Shown: positions 27,235-32,000 of the stretch, in pieces
How positions within the stretch are numbered: position 1 is the stretch's first letter
Layout: the number at the start of each line of letters is the position of its first letter
Assembly (NCBI RefSeq): GCF_016127575.1
Contig: NZ_CP066019.1
Span: forward strand, 270,001-302,000
Reading direction: 5' to 3'
Source of the DNA: Cupriavidus necator
Lineage (GTDB): Bacteria; Pseudomonadota; Gammaproteobacteria; Burkholderiales; Burkholderiaceae
DNA length: 32,000 bases
Translations under genes and position numbers: made by a program
The notes under the pieces: model-generated
What the model was told of the DNA's origin: nothing
Seen by the model: only the letters and a program-made list of their open reading frames with translations
Databases searched by the model: none

Positions 27235-28203
27235 ATGTTGAAGCGACGCGTTTTCAATCGGGTGGCTGCAACCATGGCGCTGGCCGCCGCGCTGCCCATG
27301 GGCGCCCTTGCCCAGGACAAGCCCCCCCTCAAGCTGCTGGTCGGCTTCGCGCCCGGCGGCTCGGTCGATGTCGTGGCGCGGCTGCTGGCCGAGCGCCTGC
27401 GCCTGCCGCTCGGCCAGCAGGTGATCGTCGAGAACAAGCCCGGAGCCGGCGGTCGCCTGGTGCTTGGGGAAGCAAAGCGCGCGCCGGCCGACGGCAACAC
27501 GCTGGTCATTTCACCCAGCGGCGCGTTGGTGATCTCGCCATGGCTATACCACCTCAACTACGACCCGGTGAAGGACTTCACGCCCATCGCGCGCGTGGTG
27601 ACCTTCGACTTCGCGGTGACGGCGGGTCCGGCGGCGCCGGCCGGCGACATCCGCGCGGTGCTGAACTGGCTCAAGGCCAACCCGGCCCGCGCCAACTACG
27701 GCACTTCGGGCGCAGGCACCGTGCCGCACTTTGCGGGCGTGCTGCTGTCGCAGGCCTCAGGCGTGCCGCTCACGCACGTTGCCTACAAGGGCGGCGCGCC
27801 GGCAGTGTCCGATCTGCTGGGCGGACAGATTCCCATCATGGTGGACACGATATCGGAGACCATCGAGCATCACCGCGCGGGCCGCCTGCGCATCCTCGCG
27901 GTCACGGGTAACGCGCGATCGCCGGCGCTGCCCGACGTGGCCACGCTCAAGGAGTCCGGAATCGACGCCACAGCTGAGGCCTTCGTCGGCCTGTTCGCCC
28001 CGGCAGGCCTGCCGGCCGACAAGGTCAAGCGCCTGTCCGACGCGATCGCCGAAGTGCTCAAGGCGCCCGATCTCCAGGCGCGCATCCGCGAGATCGGCCT
28101 GAATGCGAACTACGCCGGCCCGCAGCAACTTGGCGAGACCCAGGTCGCCGACCTCAGGCGCTGGGAGCGGCCCATCAAGGCATCGGGCTACAAGGCCGAA
28201 TGA
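27235..28203 (+). CDS. Bug/TctC-family tripartite tricarboxylate transporter substrate-binding protein (periplasmic)
   Basis: The signal peptide is MLKRRVFNRVAATMALAAALPMGALAQ. The family signature is LKLLVGFAPGGSVDVVARLL...VENKPGAGG...PADGNTLVI. An AGGAGA RBS lies at 27221..27226. Confidence 0.85.
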   Translation: MLKRRVFNRVAATMALAAALPMGALAQDKPPLKLLVGFAPGGSVDVVARLLAERLRLPLGQQVIVENKPGAGGRLVLGEAKRAPADGNTLVISPSGALVISPWLYHLNYDPVKDFTPIARVVTFDFAVTAGPAAPAGDIRAVLNWLKANPARANYGTSGAGTVPHFAGVLLSQASGVPLTHVAYKGGAPAVSDLLGGQIPIMVDTISETIEHHRAGRLRILAVTGNARSPALPDVATLKESGIDATAEAFVGLFAPAGLPADKVKRLSDAIAEVLKAPDLQARIREIGLNANYAGPQQLGETQVADLRRWERPIKASGYKAE

Positions 28204-28517
28204 TGTTGCCGCCGTGCAGCATGCAGGGGCTGGCCGCGCTCGTGGGCCGGCCGGTCCCGCACAGGCGGGTCAATCGTTTCCTTCAGTCCGAGTCGAGCCG
28301 GCGACTGGAACGTAAAGCGCAACAGGGCTGACCGCCAGGTGATTGGCATATCCACCGTTATCAGTGCGATGCATGATGGCCTGTCGGCCGACGCATGACC
28401 TGAATTTCCGGCCCAGTACGGCATTCGCAGGAACTTGCTACATTGCTGACTGCTGGCGAAAACAGCCCCCTGCTGCTGCCGCGCTCACCGCAAACCGACA
28501 GACCAAGGAGACATCGA

Positions 28518-29654
28518 ATGCACACCGCACTTCAACTTCGTTCGCAAATCAAGAGCAGCGGTGAACTCGAGCTGTCGCTAGACAGCATCGACACGCCGCA
28601 CCCTGGTCCGGATGAAGTGCTCATCCGCATTGAAGCCTCCCCCCTCAACCCGTCCGATCTCGGCCTGCTGTTCGGTGCGGCCGACATGAGCACGGCCAAG
28701 GCCAGCGGCACGGCAGAGCGCCCCATCGTCACCGCGCGCGTTCCGGAAGGCGCGATGCGCAGCATGGCGGGCCGCCTGGATGCGTCCATGCCGGTTGGCA
28801 ATGAGGGCGCGGGCGTGGTCGTCGATGCAGGCTCGTCCCCTGCGGCGCAAGCCTTGATGGGCAAGACCGTGGCTGCCATCGGCGGCGCGATGTACTCGCA
28901 GTACCGCTGCATTTCCGCGGACCAGTGCCTGGTCCTGCCCGAAGGCGCCACGCCTGCTGACGGCGCGTCGTCATTCGTCAACCCACTCACCGCACTGGGC
29001 ATGGTCGAGACCATGCGCCTCGAAGGACATAGCGCCCTGGTGCACACCGCCGCGGCCTCCAACCTGGGCCAGATGCTCAATCAGATCTGTCTCAAGGATG
29101 GCATCAAGTTGGTGAACATCGTGCGCAAGCAAGAGCAGGCGGACCTGCTCAAGGCACAAGGCGCGGTCCACGTCTGCAACGCCGCGTCGCCCACGTTCAT
29201 GCAGGACCTCACCGAAGCACTCGTCGCCACTGGCGCAACGATCGCGTTCGACGCCACGGGCGGCGGCAAGCTCGGCGGCCAGATCCTCACCTGCATGGAA
29301 GCGGCCTTGAACAAGACGGCCCGCGAATACAGCCGCTATGGCTCGACCACCCACAAGCAGGTCTATCTCTACGGCGGCCTGGACACAAGCCCGACCGAGT
29401 TCAACCGCAACTTCGGCATGGCGTGGGGCATGGGCGGCTGGCTGCTGTTCCCGTTTCTGCAGAAGATCGGGCGCGAGCGGGCCAACGCGCTGAAGCAACG
29501 CGTGATGGCGGAGCTGAAGACCACCTTTGCCAGCCACTACTCGAAAGAGATCTCGCTGGCCGAGGTGCTGGACCTGGACGTGATCGCCGTCTACAACAAG
29601 CGCGCGACGGGGGAGAAGTACCTGATCAACCCGAACAAGGGCCTGGCCGGATAA
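28518..29654 (+). CDS. MDR-superfamily (zinc-type alcohol dehydrogenase / quinone-oxidoreductase-like) NAD(P)-dependent oxidoreductase
   Basis: The GroES-like N-terminus reads HPGPDEVLIRIEASPLNPSD...GNEGAGVVV. The Rossmann part contains ALVHTAAASNLGQML. An AAGGAGA RBS lies at 28505..28511, and the ATG is at 28518. Confidence 0.75.
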   Translation: MHTALQLRSQIKSSGELELSLDSIDTPHPGPDEVLIRIEASPLNPSDLGLLFGAADMSTAKASGTAERPIVTARVPEGAMRSMAGRLDASMPVGNEGAGVVVDAGSSPAAQALMGKTVAAIGGAMYSQYRCISADQCLVLPEGATPADGASSFVNPLTALGMVETMRLEGHSALVHTAAASNLGQMLNQICLKDGIKLVNIVRKQEQADLLKAQGAVHVCNAASPTFMQDLTEALVATGATIAFDATGGGKLGGQILTCMEAALNKTAREYSRYGSTTHKQVYLYGGLDTSPTEFNRNFGMAWGMGGWLLFPFLQKIGRERANALKQRVMAELKTTFASHYSKEISLAEVLDLDVIAVYNKRATGEKYLINPNKGLAG

Positions 29655-29938
29655 ATCACCGTGGGGCGCCTTGCGCGCCCACCCGTGTCAAGAATCAGCC
29701 GCTGCGCCACAGCCGGCGGCGCGGCGCTGCCGGCCGGCAATGGGAGGGCGCTTTCCAGTTCCGCGGCGGTGTGGCAGCTCATCCAGGTGCTGCCCTGGCA
29801 GTCATCGCGCACCAGCACGCGCAGGGGCAAGTCCAGCGCAACGCTGGGTGCGGCGAGCATCAATGGCGTTCCCCGCCTGGCGTTGTCATAGATCAGCACC
29901 TGCGTCGCCGGCATTGCCAGCCCGGCGTTGCGTGCAGG
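29591..29938 (-). pseudogene. Truncated DUF302-domain gene remnant (C-terminal part only)
   Basis: In-frame translation gives ARNAGLAMPATQVLIYDNARRGTPLMLAAPSVALDLPLRVLVRDD..GSTWMS. This matches the central-to-C-terminal DUF302 pattern (GL.l.PT.lliFGNp.aGTPLM....lDLPLkvLVwed). The homology runs straight into the TAG (29939..29941) of the neighbouring gene, so the N-terminal part of roughly 60 aa is absent. The 3-prime end overlaps the convergent MDR gene by 64 nt. Confidence 0.5.
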
Positions 29939-30697
29939 CTATGATTTTGCGGGCGCGACGGACGCGCCCTCGATTCCGTGACGCCTGAGAGCGTCCGAAA
30001 CGAAGCAGGAGGCCTTCATCTGCTCGACGAACCGCCGTAGCCATTCCACGGCTTCAGCGCTGCGGGCTATGGGGAGGCCCATGGCTTGCTGTATGACCAT
30101 AAACCGGCCCGGCAACAACCTCAGGCCCGCAGTGCGCTTGGCATCTGCTTCCAATTGCTGTCGCACCCCTGCAGCCACGTCCGCGCTTTGCTCCAGGAAT
30201 GTTTGCACAACGGCCGGGGACGTCGGCGCGCGCACGATGTGTGCATGTTGCAGCGTACGAGTGAGATAAAGATCGTAGGCGCTCCCTTTTCCTACCACGA
30301 CACGGCGTCCGGCAAGATCGACCTCTTCGTTGGCCTTGACGGTGGATTCCTCCTTCACCAAATACGCGCCTTCGATCAGCACGTAGGGTTCGGAGAATGC
30401 GATGCCGGCCCCCCGGACCGGGTCGACGGCAAAGAATCCGAAGTCCGCCTGTTCGGCCGTGACGGCCTCGACCGACTTCCCCGCTGAGTCAAATACGACA
30501 AGCTCAAGCGGAACACCCAGGCAACTGGCAAGCTCACGGGCGAGGTCCACTGAAACGCCGAATGGATTGCCGCCGGCATCGAGGTTTGCCAGGATAGGGT
30601 TGCCTACGTTGATGGATGCGCGAAGGATTCCCGTCGGCGCAAGCTCCGCTGCGAGCCTTGCATATTGACTTGTCATGATGCTTCCGGCGTGTGCCAT
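29939..30697 (-). CDS. Family-3 solute-binding-protein fold (SBP_bac_3) protein without a signal peptide
   Basis: SBP_bac_3-like blocks are present: LRASINVGNPILAN, GVSVDLARELASCLGVPLELV, DFGFFAVDP and VVVGKGSAYD. The N-terminus (MAHAGSIMTSQYARLAAELAPTG) is charged and has no hydrophobic leader. Candidate starts are 30697 (1 nt after the Ldh_2 stop) and 30676 (GGAAG RBS). Confidence 0.7.
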   Translation of the reverse strand: MAHAGSIMTSQYARLAAELAPTGILRASINVGNPILANLDAGGNPFGVSVDLARELASCLGVPLELVVFDSAGKSVEAVTAEQADFGFFAVDPVRGAGIAFSEPYVLIEGAYLVKEESTVKANEEVDLAGRRVVVGKGSAYDLYLTRTLQHAHIVRAPTSPAVVQTFLEQSADVAAGVRQQLEADAKRTAGLRLLPGRFMVIQQAMGLPIARSAEAVEWLRRFVEQMKASCFVSDALRRHGIEGASVAPAKS

Positions 30698-30698
30698 T

Positions 30699-31742
30699 TC
30701 AGTTCGTCTTTGCGTTGGCATGTCGATCCAGTAGCGCCTTCACCGCTGGATCCATGGCAATGCCCTTTTCGCGCTGACGCGCCAGCTTGTCGAGTTCGAT
30801 CTCTCCGGGAACAATGACAGGCTTGCCAGGCTCCGCGGGTGCGCTACCGTGGAGGATCGCCGCAAAGTCTTGCATGCGGGCAGCCAGCCATTGGGCCGAT
30901 CCCAGTCGCCGGGTATCAACCAGGATAAAGAAATGGCCCAGGTTCTGGGGCTGGTCGGGTGCATCGACCCACGACTTGACGTGAGTCAGGTACGCCGCAT
31001 CCGACAGCAGTCCTGCGAAAAGATCGACCATCAGTGCCAGTCCATAGCCCTTGTGCCCGCCAATCGGAAGCAGGAAGCCATCGAGGGCAGCCTTGGGATC
31101 GGTGGTCCGTCGTCCTTGCGCGTCGGTAGCCCATGAATCCGGGATGGATTGTCCTGCCTTGAGCGCATTGCGAATCTTGGCGCGTGCGGCCACGCTCATG
31201 GCCATGTCCAGCAGGAAGTGGCGGCCGTCATGCCCCGGTACGCCGAAACCCAGCGGGCTGTTGCCCAGGCGTGCGTCGCTTCCACCCCATGGCGCGATGG
31301 TCGTCGTGGCGTTGCTGCCAATCATGCTGGCGAATCCTGCTTCCGCCGCAATGTAGCTGTACGGTGAAACTGGCCCGAAATGATTGCTGCCCCGGACGAA
31401 GGCCATGCCGATGCCGAATTCTTCGGCGACTTCCATGGCGGCGCGCAGCGCCTTCATGCCAGCGAGCGGGCCGACTGCGTTGCCACCATCGACCTTCACC
31501 AGCGCTGGCGCGGCGCGCTCGACTGTAATGGTGGGGCGTGCCGAGATACCGCCGGACTGGAGCCGTTCGCCATAGGATTCAATGCGAGACAGTCCATGGG
31601 TGCTGAGCCCGAAGAGGTCTGCAAGTACCAGGATGTCAATGACATCGATGGCGTCCCCTTCGGTCAGGCCCAGGCCCTGGAACGCGCGCACTCCGAGCTG
31701 GCGGAGTTCGGCTTCGGATACAGTGATTCGATCTTGTTGCAT
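30699..31742 (-). CDS. Ldh_2 family (malate/L-lactate/ureidoglycolate dehydrogenase-type) NAD(P)H-dependent oxidoreductase
   Basis: Ldh_2 motifs are present: THGLSRIESY, VRGSNHFG, SNATTTIAPWGG, NPLGFGVP and GGHKGYGLALMVDL. The ATG at 31742 starts MQQDRITV. The track ORF extends upstream into the Bug gene with no support. Confidence 0.8.
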   Translation of the reverse strand: MQQDRITVSEAELRQLGVRAFQGLGLTEGDAIDVIDILVLADLFGLSTHGLSRIESYGERLQSGGISARPTITVERAAPALVKVDGGNAVGPLAGMKALRAAMEVAEEFGIGMAFVRGSNHFGPVSPYSYIAAEAGFASMIGSNATTTIAPWGGSDARLGNSPLGFGVPGHDGRHFLLDMAMSVAARAKIRNALKAGQSIPDSWATDAQGRRTTDPKAALDGFLLPIGGHKGYGLALMVDLFAGLLSDAAYLTHVKSWVDAPDQPQNLGHFFILVDTRRLGSAQWLAARMQDFAAILHGSAPAEPGKPVIVPGEIELDKLARQREKGIAMDPAVKALLDRHANAKTN

Positions 31743-31762
31743 GCTGGATATTCTCGGAAGAC

Positions 31763-32000
31763 TTAGTTTGCCTGGATTCCCGCGCTGCGGATGACGGTGC
31801 CCCAGCGTTGTTGCTCGGCACGAATGAATGACGCAAATTCGGCGCTGCCCGCGCCGACAGGCGTGCTTGCGTCCTCGGCAAGTCGTTGTCGCACCAGCGG
31901 GGTGGCCAGGGCCTTGACTGCCTCGGCATGCAGGCGGCTGACCACCGGCGTTGGCGTGCGCGCTGGCGCCATCAGCCCAAACCATTGCGAGCTTTCAAAT
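31763..32000 (-). CDS. Bug/TctC-family substrate-binding protein, C-terminal part (gene continues beyond the window)
   Basis: The typical Bug C-terminus is present: WFGLMAPARTPTPVVSRLHAEAVKALATPLVRQRLAEDASTPVGAGSAEFASFIRAEQQRWGTVIRSAGIQAN. The TAA is at 31763..31765, 20 nt before the Ldh_2 start. Confidence 0.75.
   Translation of the reverse strand, partial: FESSQWFGLMAPARTPTPVVSRLHAEAVKALATPLVRQRLAEDASTPVGAGSAEFASFIRAEQQRWGTVIRSAGIQAN

Noticed and set aside
1-32000. A scan for CRISPR arrays, IS elements or transposases, integrases, phage genes, toxin-antitoxin pairs, rRNA and tRNA.
   Set aside because: I saw no repeat-spacer periodicity, no terminal inverted repeats flanking a transposase-like ORF, and no recognisable recombinase, defence or RNA-gene signatures by eye. 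This is an absence of evidence from manual reading only.

Overview
The window is GC-rich (roughly two-thirds G+C by eye) and densely coding. It looks like accessory catabolic DNA from a Burkholderiales-type genome. The Cupriavidus/Ralstonia/Bordetella-like guess is an inference from three Bug/TctC-family solute receptors in 32 kb and from the regulator density.

I support about 25 protein-coding genes, arranged as regulator-plus-catabolic modules:
1. A frameshifted sensor kinase and a TVP38-family membrane protein.
2. A GntR regulator divergent from a TPP-enzyme and Bug-receptor operon.
3. A Tat-exported Cys-type sulfatase, preceded by a Cys-rich orphan gene.
4. A kdgT, DUF1537 acid-sugar kinase, PdxA2 and DeoR cluster (four-carbon acid sugar, D-threonate type).
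5. A LysR regulator divergent from an operon of FAH-family dehydratase, MFS transporter, alpha-ketoglutarate-semialdehyde dehydrogenase and UxaA/GarD-family dehydratase. This is a non-phosphorylative sugar-acid route to 2-oxoglutarate.
6. Orphan LuxR-type and AraC-type regulators.
7. A lower-GC orphan gene whose start overlaps the stop of a LysR gene.
8. That same LysR gene divergent from amidohydrolase_2 (ACMSD-type), Bug-receptor and MDR-oxidoreductase genes.
9. A truncated DUF302 remnant.
10. A partial Bug gene, an Ldh_2 oxidoreductase and a leaderless SBP-fold protein in one operon.

I found no rRNA, tRNA, CRISPR array, transposase, integrase or recognisable defence or secretion genes. Many long ORFs in the track are shadow frames typical of high-GC DNA. 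I see no clear-cut novel multi-gene system. The best candidates for undescribed biology are the two orphan proteins (23838..25151 and 7858..9252) and the leaderless SBP-fold protein coupled to Ldh_2. All functional calls come from motif and family recognition by eye, not from database searches.
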